DNA of 59,900 nucleotides from Candidatus Uhrbacteria bacterium GW2011_GWF2_39_13 (GTDB lineage Bacteria; Patescibacteriota; Patescibacteriia; UBA9934; GWF2-40-263), in contig LBWG01000008.1 of assembly GCA_000993535.1 (NCBI GenBank), positions 1 through 59,900 of the forward strand, in the 5' to 3' direction. Positions 52,649 through 59,900 of the stretch are shown here, one piece after another. The position numbers were made by a program, and so were the translations under genes. The first letter of the stretch is position 1. Every line of letters begins with the position of its first letter. Under the pieces are notes generated by a model that saw only the letters and a list, made by a program, of their open reading frames with translations, was not told where the DNA came from and made no database searches.

Positions 52649-53440
52649 TCAATCTTTATTATGTGTCCAGTATTTTCTTTTTGAGAGGACGCTTTCCGTA
52701 TCCAAGCCCGCTATGTCCGAAGTTTTTTTTGCTTCAACATGGCAATCGAAAAATAAGGCATTTCCTTTATTTATGTGCCTCGGTCCGAATGTCGGCACAG
52801 TATCCGCTTCATACCAATTGCGTCGGGGTTCACAGAACGTACTGAGTCCTGAAGTGTTTAATCTTTTCCGTATATCACTCAACGCTATTGTGTCGGGACT
52901 TACCGAGAGGCTTCTCACATGGTAAAGCTGATTGGCGACAGGATTACATTTATACCCCATTCCGGTTGTCCCCCATCCGTAAGAGTTCCACCCGTAAGGA
53001 TTGTATTCTTTTTCTGTCGGATTGGCAAGGTAATCAGACTCTATCGGCAGAAGTTTTATCCCGGGACAGTCAAATATGGTGCCTTTTAGATATCTGTAAT
53101 AACTTGAGGTTGCATAATCAGCGTATTTGGGATTATTCAAGGCATATCCAATCAGGCCGTTTTGAGAAGTCCACGCCCCGCACCCCCCCTGGCTTGCCTC
53201 CATCCAGCCGACCGGGCACCAGTCGTTGTTGTCGCCGATATACGACGTCAGACATGTCCCGATATTACGCAGATTACCGGAACACTGGATCATGCGGGCC
53301 CGGTCTTTCGCCGCTTTCAGTCCCGGCAAAAGAAGGCTCGCCAGAATTGCTATAATGGAAATGACTATCAGCAATTCCAAAAGAGTAAAATACAGTTTCT
53401 TTCTTAACGGACAAATAATTTTTTCACCTTTAATACTCAT
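52649..53440 (-). CDS. prepilin-type N-terminal methylation-domain protein, DUF1559-like
   Basis: ...KKLYFTLLELLIVISIIAILASLLLPGLKAAKDRAR... The C-terminal HINKGNALFFDC is an H-X9-D variant. It overlaps the upstream LacI gene by 11 nt. Confidence 0.8.
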   Translation of the reverse strand: MSIKGEKIICPLRKKLYFTLLELLIVISIIAILASLLLPGLKAAKDRARMIQCSGNLRNIGTCLTSYIGDNNDWCPVGWMEASQGGCGAWTSQNGLIGYALNNPKYADYATSSYYRYLKGTIFDCPGIKLLPIESDYLANPTEKEYNPYGWNSYGWGTTGMGYKCNPVANQLYHVRSLSVSPDTIALSDIRKRLNTSGLSTFCEPRRNWYEADTVPTFGPRHINKGNALFFDCHVEAKKTSDIAGLDTESVLSKRKYWTHNKD

Positions 53441-54476
53441 TTCCTTTTTTCTTTCGTAGTTTTGTTACGGTTTCGCCTGCGATAAATCCATAAGGAACAA
53501 AAGTTCTCCAGTCTTCCGGATTTTCTCCATTGATAATGGCAATCAGGGAGCTGACGGCATACTCGGCTATTTTTGTCTGGGATACGGTAAAAGAGCTGAG
53601 TCTGGGAGTCAAATGAGCATACCTGTCATAGCAGTTTCCAACACACATTATCGAAATATCTTCCGGTACTTTTATTCCTTTTGCCGGGGCAATTTCCAGA
53701 AGTTTCGCGCCTGCTGGCATATCCGTAAATATGGCTGTAGGCCTTATCTTCGCGGGCATCGCAAGCCATTTCTCAAGTGTCTTGCCCAACAGGGACGTAT
53801 CGACGCTGTTCCTGATGAAAAGCCAGTCGTCATTGAAGCCCGGATTATTTTTTTTCATCGTGAAAGCATATCCCTGCATAGTTCTCAGGGCATCTTCCCA
53901 ATCGTTCACATTGGCAGCCAGGTGGGCAATATTCCTATGGCCCAGCGACCACAGATATTTGACGGCTTTACATGCTATTTCATAATAATCGGAATTGGCG
54001 GAGGCAACACCATCCGGAACATTACTTTTAAGAAGGACTACAGTCGGGAAATTTTTCTTTCCAAGGTATTCTGACGCGTTTTGACGAAGAGATTCGTTGA
54101 ATATAACCCCGTCTATTCTTCCATCCAGAAATTTTATCGGATTTACAATATCAGTGCCTCTGATTACTTTTTCCCCGAGATAAAACATCACATCATAGTC
54201 GCTCTTTTCGGAAACGGCGTTTATAATGTATTGAAACATTTCAGATAAATTAGGTATCTTGAAGTACCCCAGCCCGATGGTGTTTGTTTTGCCATTCTGA
54301 AGCGACTTTACCATATTATTGGGGGAATAGCCGAGCTCCTCTATTGCCTTGTTAATCCGTTCGACAGTCGTTTTCGAAAAGTTGAAATTGAGCTTGTGGT
54401 TCAATATGCATGACACCGTCGTGGGGGAAACCCTGGCATACTTTGCCACGTCTCTGATGGTTGGAAGCCTGTTCAT
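53430..54476 (-). CDS. LacI-family transcriptional regulator
   Basis: 348 aa. The N-terminal PTIRDVAKYARVSPTTVSCILNHK is the LacI HTH, and the rest is a Peripla_BP-like sensor domain. Confidence 0.85.
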   Translation of the reverse strand: MNRLPTIRDVAKYARVSPTTVSCILNHKLNFNFSKTTVERINKAIEELGYSPNNMVKSLQNGKTNTIGLGYFKIPNLSEMFQYIINAVSEKSDYDVMFYLGEKVIRGTDIVNPIKFLDGRIDGVIFNESLRQNASEYLGKKNFPTVVLLKSNVPDGVASANSDYYEIACKAVKYLWSLGHRNIAHLAANVNDWEDALRTMQGYAFTMKKNNPGFNDDWLFIRNSVDTSLLGKTLEKWLAMPAKIRPTAIFTDMPAGAKLLEIAPAKGIKVPEDISIMCVGNCYDRYAHLTPRLSSFTVSQTKIAEYAVSSLIAIINGENPEDWRTFVPYGFIAGETVTKLRKKKGNEY

Positions 54477-54497
54477 GAAGCCTCTTTATTAAACATA

Positions 54498-54508
54498 GTT
54501 TAGTAAAC
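54498..54508. promoter_or_regulatory. small palindrome GTTTA-G-TAAAC upstream of the LacI gene (possible operator)
   Basis: A 5+1+5 palindrome read directly, 22 nt upstream of the LacI start. It is short, AT-rich and not the classical LacI-family CG-centred consensus. Confidence 0.25.
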
Positions 54509-54604
54509 TTAATTTAATTATATGACTTTTTTGCGAATTGTCAAGAGATTTTCCAGTAAAAAAAACACTTTTTACAAAAAAAGTTTTTCCCCGCCGCAAG
54601 ATGT

Positions 54605-55900
54605 TCATGCGTCAAGTATTACCTTTTGCCTTATTAATATTTCTTTAAGCCCTTTTATATCAATGTTTTTCGGCTCCTTTCCTGAACTTACAGACAAAGC
54701 CGCAGCCGCTCCGGCCGCTTCTCCCATTGCCATGCATATCGCCATGACCCTGATTGAGCCCAATGCCTCCCTGTCAGCCGAGACACACCTCCCCGCCGCT
54801 ATCAGCCCGTCGATTTTCTCGGGAACAAGGCATCTGTAAGGAATCGTATAGGAAAAGCCGGGTTTAAGATGTATCATAATGCCGGTGTCGTCTCTTCCGC
54901 TATGGACGTCAATTCCGTATGCCCCTCTGCAAATTCTGTCGTCAAATTCCCTGTATCCGAGTATGTCTTCACGTGTCAGGGTATATAAGCCCTTGAGCCT
55001 GCGGCTTTCACGGGTACCCGTCTGCGGCGCCGTAGAAACAAGGTAACAATCCCTGAAGCCGGGAATATATTTTCTGAACCATTCAATCAGCTCATGGACC
55101 TGTTTCCGGCACTCAATTTCCGACATCGTGATATCTTTTGCATTGGTGCAATCGCCAAAAGACCTTGTTATATTAGCGTAAACTTCCCCCTTCCTTAATG
55201 TGGGAAAGAGCGCAAAACTTCTGTTTTTAGATGGATAACCGTATTTGTCATAAGCGTTCTGAAAAGCAAAATATCTCTCCTCGGTTACGACATCAGGCCA
55301 GGTATCTGTCGGCACACCACCCATTATGAAGGCCAGCGTCATCGGCTGAAGCCCGCTTTTATCAGGGCTCTTGAAAAAATCAGCCCCTGAATGATAAATG
55401 ACGTCTCCATCCCCCGTTGCGTCAATTACCACATCCGCAAGGAAAACCTGCCTTCCTGATTTGTTCTCGACAATTATCCCTTTGACTTTATTATTTTCCG
55501 TAAATGCCCCGGCGATGAAAGAGTGATACAGAATTTCCACTCCTGCCTCAGACATCATAGTGTCGCATAAAAATTTTACATGCTCCGGTGACTGGCGCAC
55601 CAATGGCGCTGACGGCTTTCCCAATGTCCCGCCGATTTTTTCAAGACGCTGAACGAATTCAAGAGAAATGCCTCCGATTATCACGTTTCCCGCATTGTCA
55701 CTGTAATTTCTTATATTCATGACATATCCGGCGGTAAGATTTCCGCCAAGGAAACCCCAGCGCTCGACAATGAGCGTTTTTGCGCCGTTGCGGGCGGCCG
55801 AAAGCGCCGCAATAATGCCGGCCGGGCCCCCGCCTGCAACTATTACATCGTAATTGCCCGCTACTTCAGTCTTTCTTTCAGTCTCAATGATATGTTCCAT
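54605..55900 (-). CDS. FAD-dependent oxidoreductase (FAD_oxidored / GlcNAc-PUL-associated type)
   Basis: 431 aa. YDVIVAGGGPAGIIAALSAARNGAKTLIVE is a dinucleotide-binding motif, and GGNLTAG follows as in the FAD_oxidored family. Confidence 0.75.
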   Translation of the reverse strand: MEHIIETERKTEVAGNYDVIVAGGGPAGIIAALSAARNGAKTLIVERWGFLGGNLTAGYVMNIRNYSDNAGNVIIGGISLEFVQRLEKIGGTLGKPSAPLVRQSPEHVKFLCDTMMSEAGVEILYHSFIAGAFTENNKVKGIIVENKSGRQVFLADVVIDATGDGDVIYHSGADFFKSPDKSGLQPMTLAFIMGGVPTDTWPDVVTEERYFAFQNAYDKYGYPSKNRSFALFPTLRKGEVYANITRSFGDCTNAKDITMSEIECRKQVHELIEWFRKYIPGFRDCYLVSTAPQTGTRESRRLKGLYTLTREDILGYREFDDRICRGAYGIDVHSGRDDTGIMIHLKPGFSYTIPYRCLVPEKIDGLIAAGRCVSADREALGSIRVMAICMAMGEAAGAAAALSVSSGKEPKNIDIKGLKEILIRQKVILDA

Positions 55901-56025
55901 AGCTCTGCCCCCAATGTTATTTATTATTAATTTTACATTGAAAATCTTTTTTATGCCTTTAATTTATTAATATAGTATCTTAAATATTTTCATATTTTTC
56001 AAATTAACACCGGAGACGCCTTATC

Positions 56026-56976
56026 TTGAAAAATCAAAGGATACTGAAAAAAACAGACGGCTATGATCCGTATGATATTAATTCTTATATCAGATGGCTG
56101 TGCAAAAAATACGGAATATGGATATCCGTCAAAGACCTTTATGGTTTTTCAAGTTATTATCTGTGCAGACTTGATGATGAATTTCGCGGACACGCCTGTC
56201 CCTTCTGCGTTTATGTCAAGTCATTTCAACGCTTGCGTGAAAAATGCTATGAAGAGCGTTATGCCGCAACTGTAAAATCAGGACAGGTGAAAGTTCCTTT
56301 TTCCAAATCCTGTTATATGGGGCTGGGGGAAATAGTAGTGCCTGTAATAAAAGATAATCTATATATGGGGAATATTGCCTTTGGACATTTCGATACTTTC
56401 AAAAATGATAAAGGAAAAAAAGCTTTTTTGGAAAAAATTTCCACTGAAAATAATGCGGACGTCAAAAAGCTGACAAAATTTTATAAACAGTCGGCCATTC
56501 AGAGCCTGAAAAAACTCGGCGAAATAATTCCGCATATTCAGAACCTTGCTTTTATTTTTTCAATTGCCGGACACTCAATGTACAAGATGCCTGACAAGAA
56601 TCTTCAGCAAATCGAAAGCCTGAAAAATAATGACGGAATGAAAAAAATCTCCAGACAGGAATGGCTTGTCAATGAGGCTGTAAAATATATAAAGGACAAT
56701 TTCCGCAAAAATATTTCTCTCAGTGAAATAGCAAAAAATATATACCTGAGCCCGGGTTATTTGAGTATGCTTTTCAACAAAATCACAAGGACATCCTGTT
56801 CTCTATATATAAATCGAGTTAGAATTGAAACTGCCAGAAAACTACTCTCGGATACATCTGTTCCCATCTCAAAAATTACTTTTGAAGTAGGCTTCAATGA
56901 TTCCAATTATTTCTCCAAGGTTTTTTCGGATACGGTAGGAGTATCCCCAACCGAATATAGGCGAAAGTATCAATAA
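56026..56976 (+). CDS. AraC-family regulator with PocR-like N-terminal sensor domain (second copy in the window)
   Basis: 316 aa with a TTG start. It has a Cys-containing sensor region (...GHACPFCVYVK...KSCYMGLGEIVVPVIKDNLYMGNIAFG...) and a C-terminal AraC HTH (...ITFEVGFNDSNYFSKVFSD...). Confidence 0.75.
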   Translation: MKNQRILKKTDGYDPYDINSYIRWLCKKYGIWISVKDLYGFSSYYLCRLDDEFRGHACPFCVYVKSFQRLREKCYEERYAATVKSGQVKVPFSKSCYMGLGEIVVPVIKDNLYMGNIAFGHFDTFKNDKGKKAFLEKISTENNADVKKLTKFYKQSAIQSLKKLGEIIPHIQNLAFIFSIAGHSMYKMPDKNLQQIESLKNNDGMKKISRQEWLVNEAVKYIKDNFRKNISLSEIAKNIYLSPGYLSMLFNKITRTSCSLYINRVRIETARKLLSDTSVPISKITFEVGFNDSNYFSKVFSDTVGVSPTEYRRKYQ

Positions 56977-57214
56977 TAATCACAGCCATCCCCGTTCTGT
57001 CAAAAAATACGAATCAGTAATTTGAGGGAAGGATGACGACATAATTGAGGAAAATAATTCTATTTTGCTGCGAGATTTCTCATGGTAAACCTTGAACCTT
57101 ATGATTCTGAAATGGGAAAGGAAGTCGAAGTTAGCCATATTTTGTGTTCATTGAGAATATAAATCTCACCGGAAATAATCCGGGAAGTTGAAAGAGGTAT
57201 GGCAAGGTTGTCGG

Positions 57215-57429
57215 TTACGTAGCTTTGCGGTAATAGTATTTCAGCAAACCGCCGAGACGTTCTTTACATTTGATTTTACCATAAAGAGACCATGTAGATA
57301 AAGCAAAAACGGCATGCAATTATCTAGTTCTTGACGAGGGTGCGTCCTCAAAAGAGTCAATATAAAAGGGGAAATATTATGGTAGGGCACAATCGTTGAA
57401 GCTGAGGTTATGAGAATAGAGAAATTCAC
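57215..57429 (-). pseudogene. frameshifted C-terminal fragment of an rve (DDE integrase-core) transposase
   Basis: One frame reads ...LLRTHPRQELDNCMPF... (compare the ..RPHQGLDN.. motif at the end of rve domains). The adjacent frame reads ...GKIKCKERLGGLLKYYYRKAT* (stop at 57215-57217), the typical C-terminal tail of this transposase type. Confidence 0.55.
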
Positions 57430-57577
57430 AGAAAGCCGATGCTTTCGTATTATGCAAATGCAAACTTACGGCTTCTTCATTCATAGTTTATCGGAGATAC
57501 ATTCAGTTTTTACGGAGAGTATTCTATTTTGTTTAGGTGCTAATTTATGGTATATTGAGCTCATGAAAAAATAAAGT

Positions 57578-57874
57578 ATGGAGCTGGATATGATAAAGGA
57601 AACCTTTAATAAATTTGCGGCCTTGATGGAAGGGGTTAACAACGATGCGGTCAAAGATGCGTTTCTGAATTTTCAGAAGTCGCTGGAATACTGCATCGAA
57701 GAGAATACCGTCATGCGAGAGGTGCTTCGCGACAAATATAAATGCAAGAAGCTCCAGCTTACTGGCGGCCGTATGATTGATCCCCTGCCCCAAGATAAAG
57801 ATGGAGATATTGTAGAATTCAACCACCTGGGCGGATTATTGAGGTCATACCGCCGCGTGAAACAGGCAGCTTAG
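57578..57874 (+). pseudogene. internally deleted transposase remnant of the same rve type (N-terminal ~60 aa fused to C-terminal ~35 aa)
   Basis: ...IEENTVMREVLRDKYKCKKLQLTGG... resembles the N-terminal coiled/HTH leader of these transposases. ...GDIVEFNHLGGLLRSYRRVKQAA* is the characteristic C-terminal tail. The DDE core is missing. Confidence 0.5.
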
Positions 57875-58317
57875 TGAGGTCTGGGAATTATGGTACCCAC
57901 CCATGGAAATGAAAACAATATTTGCGATTTGAGGCTGAGAAAAGATAAAAAAACAGAATCAGAAAAACTCCTTAAAAATCCATCAAATTTAGAGAAATGT
58001 TTTTAAAAGATTTCCATGGCTATTTTGCCCTCAAATGCTCTCTGTTTTTGAGAAATACGTTACAAAAAGCTTCTATTTGAAAAATCTGTTATAATCGATT
58101 TTCTTCACGAATAAAACATTGATAATAAAGAAGAAACAAGAAACAGAGAGCAGCGGAGAGTGTTTCCCATTTAATGTGGTACCCTTCAGGTTAACCTGGC
58201 ACTGAGCCAATATTGTAATGCATGTTTATAATGCAAGCCATAGTCTTTTAGTTTTTAGGCACATTGAAATGCAAGAAGTGAAAAGTGTAAAAATAGTATT
58301 TCTTTTATCTACTTTGT

Positions 58318-59241
58318 TTATGCTTCGTCGAAGAGCCATGTACTGAGGTAACGTTCTCCTGTATCAGGAAGTAGGACAACGATTAATTTCTTTGCGTTTT
58401 CAGGTCTTTGTGCCAGTTCGAGAGCAGCCCATAAGGCAGCGCCGGAGGAGATCCCGGCAAGTATTCCTTCCTTACGTGCCAACAGTCGCGCAGTGAGTAC
58501 CGCGTCTTCATCTTTAACCTTTATGATTTCATCAATTATTTTTCTGTTAAGTACATTGGGTACAAATCCCGCGCCTATGCCCTGTATTGTATGATGCCCG
58601 GGAAGCCCTCCTGATAAAACCGGTGACTTTTCGGGTTCTACAGCAATGATTTTTACTGTTTTCTTTCTTTTTTTCAGTGCTTCGCCGACCCCCGTGATGG
58701 TTCCTCCAGTGCCAACGCCCGAAACAAAAATATCAATCTTTCCATCCGTATCACGCCATATTTCCTCGGCGGTCGTTCTCCTGTGGATTTCCGGGTTTGC
58801 GGGATTGTTGAATTGTTGAGGTATGAAGGAATTTGGATTGGACTTTGCTATTTCCTCTGCTTTTTCTATGGCCCCCTGCATCCCTTTAGCTCCTTCAGTA
58901 AGGACAAGTTCCGCGCCCAGGGCCCTGAGAAGCTTCCTCCTTTCGATGCTCATTGTTTCCGGCATGGTGAGAATCAAGCGGTAACCTTTTACCGCCGCGA
59001 CATAGGCGAGCGCAATGCCTGTGTTTCCGCTTGTCGGCTCTATGATGACAGTATTCTTGTTTATCAACCCTTTTTTTTCTGCATCATGAATCATTGCGTG
59101 TCCGATGCGGTCTTTTACGCTTGCATGGGGATTGAACGATTCAAGTTTTAAAACAATTTTCGCTTTGCCGGTATCCAGCTTTGTTAGTTTTACAAGAGGA
59201 GTATTGCCAATAAGCTCAATGATGTTTTCTGCAATTTTCAT
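58318..59241 (-). CDS. cysK: cysteine synthase A (O-acetylserine sulfhydrylase)
   Basis: 307 aa. ...[11 protein letters not shown]..., the PLP-lysine context [18 protein letters not shown] and [10 protein letters not shown] motifs. Confidence 0.9.
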   Translation of the reverse strand: MKIAENIIELIGNTPLVKLTKLDTGKAKIVLKLESFNPHASVKDRIGHAMIHDAEKKGLINKNTVIIEPTSGNTGIALAYVAAVKGYRLILTMPETMSIERRKLLRALGAELVLTEGAKGMQGAIEKAEEIAKSNPNSFIPQQFNNPANPEIHRRTTAEEIWRDTDGKIDIFVSGVGTGGTITGVGEALKKRKKTVKIIAVEPEKSPVLSGGLPGHHTIQGIGAGFVPNVLNRKIIDEIIKVKDEDAVLTARLLARKEGILAGISSGAALWAALELAQRPENAKKLIVVLLPDTGERYLSTWLFDEA

Positions 59242-59252
59242 AGACGCCTCAT

Positions 59253-59696
59253 TTATATTGTATATGAGAAATTTCTCTGCGCGCTTTTGGTTTCATGCGT
59301 TCTCACAATGTTCTGGAGGGTTATATTCTCAAGAACGTTGAAAATTTCTCTTTCAAGTGAGCACCATATATCTCTCGTGGGGCATGTGCTTGCGCGTTTA
59401 CAGACGCCTGAATTTTTTACACACTCCACCGGGCTTATGTCGCCTTCCAGAACTTCCACAATTTCCCTTACTGTTATCAGCGAAGGTTCTCTCGCTATGG
59501 TGTATCCGCCGTGTGCGCCCCTTGCCGAATTCACAAGCTTGGCCGCTTTAAGCGGTATGATCAGTTTGCTTAAATATTTTTCAGATATGTCCTGTTTTTT
59601 CGCTATGTCTTTCAGGAACACAGACCCTTTTCCGAAATGCAGGGCCAGTTCAAACATCAGCCTCAGTCCATATCTGCTCCTAGTCGAGAGTTTCAT
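59253..59696 (-). CDS. Rrf2-family transcriptional regulator (CymR/IscR-like)
   Basis: [18 protein letters not shown]... is a typical Rrf2 N-terminus. I prefer the start at ATG 59694-59696, preceded by AAGGAG (complement of 59703-59708) with a 6-nt spacer. C-terminal Cys residues (C..C.....C) are compatible with an Fe-S site. Confidence 0.85.
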   Translation of the reverse strand: MKLSTRSRYGLRLMFELALHFGKGSVFLKDIAKKQDISEKYLSKLIIPLKAAKLVNSARGAHGGYTIAREPSLITVREIVEVLEGDISPVECVKNSGVCKRASTCPTRDIWCSLEREIFNVLENITLQNIVRTHETKSAQRNFSYTI

Positions 59697-59719
59697 AGCC
59701 AGCTCCTTAATTAACACCA

Positions 59720-59739
59720 TTATACTCTATTTAGTATTA
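59720..59739. promoter_or_regulatory. imperfect 20-bp palindrome at the predicted transcription start of the Rrf2-cysK operon (candidate Rrf2 box)
   Basis: The minus strand reads TAATACT-AAATAG-AGTATAA. The arms are 6/7 complementary. It lies immediately downstream of the -10 hexamer. Confidence 0.35.
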
Positions 59740-59768
59740 ATTATATCTGGAAGCCATCAAAAAATCAA
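59740..59768 (-). promoter_or_regulatory. sigma70-like promoter of the Rrf2-cysK operon
   Basis: Minus strand: TTGATT (complement of 59763-59768), a 17-nt spacer, then TATAAT (complement of 59740-59745). This sits ~45 nt upstream of the ATG. Confidence 0.45.
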
Positions 59769-59805
59769 TAGAACGGGATAAAATTCCCTGGAATATTTTC
59801 GGGCG

Positions 59806-59900
59806 TCAAGTGCGGATTGAAAGAAATTCAACAGATGCTTCCGCGGCGGCGTTTATTTCATCCATTGTATGAGCGGCGGAAACAAAATTCAACTCGAACT
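59806..59900 (-). CDS. 3' end of a CDS truncated by the window edge, possibly a class-III aminotransferase (HemL-like) C-terminus
   Basis: The minus-strand frame starting at 59898 reads FELNFVSAAHTMDEINAAAEASVEFLSIRT* (TGA = complement of 59806-59808). F.S.AHT.EDI followed by a helical tail is typical of GSA-aminomutase-like proteins. Confidence 0.35.
   Translation of the reverse strand, partial: FELNFVSAAHTMDEINAAAEASVEFLSIRT

Noticed and set aside
57891-58184. Imperfect inverted repeat around GGTACC cores (GGTACCCACCCATGGAAA at 57892-57909 versus TTTCCCATTTAATGTGGTACC at 58163-58183) as the ends of a further ~290-bp MITE
   Set aside because: Only about 15 of 21 positions pair, and several gaps are needed. 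Part of the match is the self-complementary GGTACC hexamer. This is not convincing without more copies.
1-59900. CRISPR arrays, tRNA, rRNA, tmRNA
   Set aside because: I found no regularly spaced direct repeats of CRISPR type and no tRNA-like cloverleaf candidates or rRNA-like stretches in any intergenic region. Only ~4 kb of the window is non-coding.

Overview
This is an AT-rich 59.9-kb chromosomal segment with no rRNA, tRNA or CRISPR array that I could see. It carries four prepilin-type N-terminal methylation-motif genes with C-terminal H-X9-DG-like (DUF1559) motifs, which points to a PVC-superphylum host (Lentisphaerota/Planctomycetota/Verrucomicrobiota-like). That host assignment is inference only. 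The left edge holds an AbiEi/AbiEii type IV toxin-antitoxin pair. Its consensus promoter is interlocked with two perfect 11-bp inverted repeats, and three orphan genes follow it (an HTH/coiled-coil protein, a 361-aa Cys-cluster protein and a ~99-aa protein). The bulk of the window (5.1-57 kb) is three blocks of very long, tightly packed catabolic operons. Block 1 (22.5 -> 5.1 kb, minus strand): PocR-AraC regulator, two deacetylases, a FucI/AraA-like isomerase, IclR, several dehydrogenases, an amidohydrolase, a class-III aminotransferase, a TIM-barrel GH-like protein, a CUT1-type ABC importer without an ATPase gene, and a DUF1559 gene. Block 2 (22.6 -> 39.5 kb, plus strand): SGNH hydrolase, a sensory-rhodopsin-transducer (ASRT) homolog, an M24-fold protein, a PHP protein, a GntR-PBP regulator, two DUF1559 genes flanking an M55 D-aminopeptidase, a HEAT+GH2_N protein, a Gfo/Idh/MocA gene interrupted by an in-frame TAA, a xylose-isomerase-like TIM-barrel protein and an LmbE deacetylase. 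Block 3 (54.5 -> 39.8 kb, minus strand): LacI, DUF1559, a metallophosphoesterase, a PHP protein, two giant secreted paralogs (1151 and 1323 aa), an amidohydrolase-like protein and a GH42-like protein. A dispersed non-coding repeat family with a conserved, partly covarying hairpin sits at three operon boundaries. The right edge holds an FAD oxidoreductase with a second PocR-AraC regulator, two decayed rve-type transposase fragments, and a core Rrf2-cysK operon. The most interesting hypotheses are these: (a) the pseudopilin-like DUF1559 genes are integral, regulator-coupled parts of PUL-like glycan or amino-sugar utilisation loci; (b) the repeat family is a new MITE or structured RNA; (c) the LacI operon is a candidate phospho-glycan degradation system built from unclassified giant enzymes. 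All family assignments come from motif recognition by eye. No searches were run.
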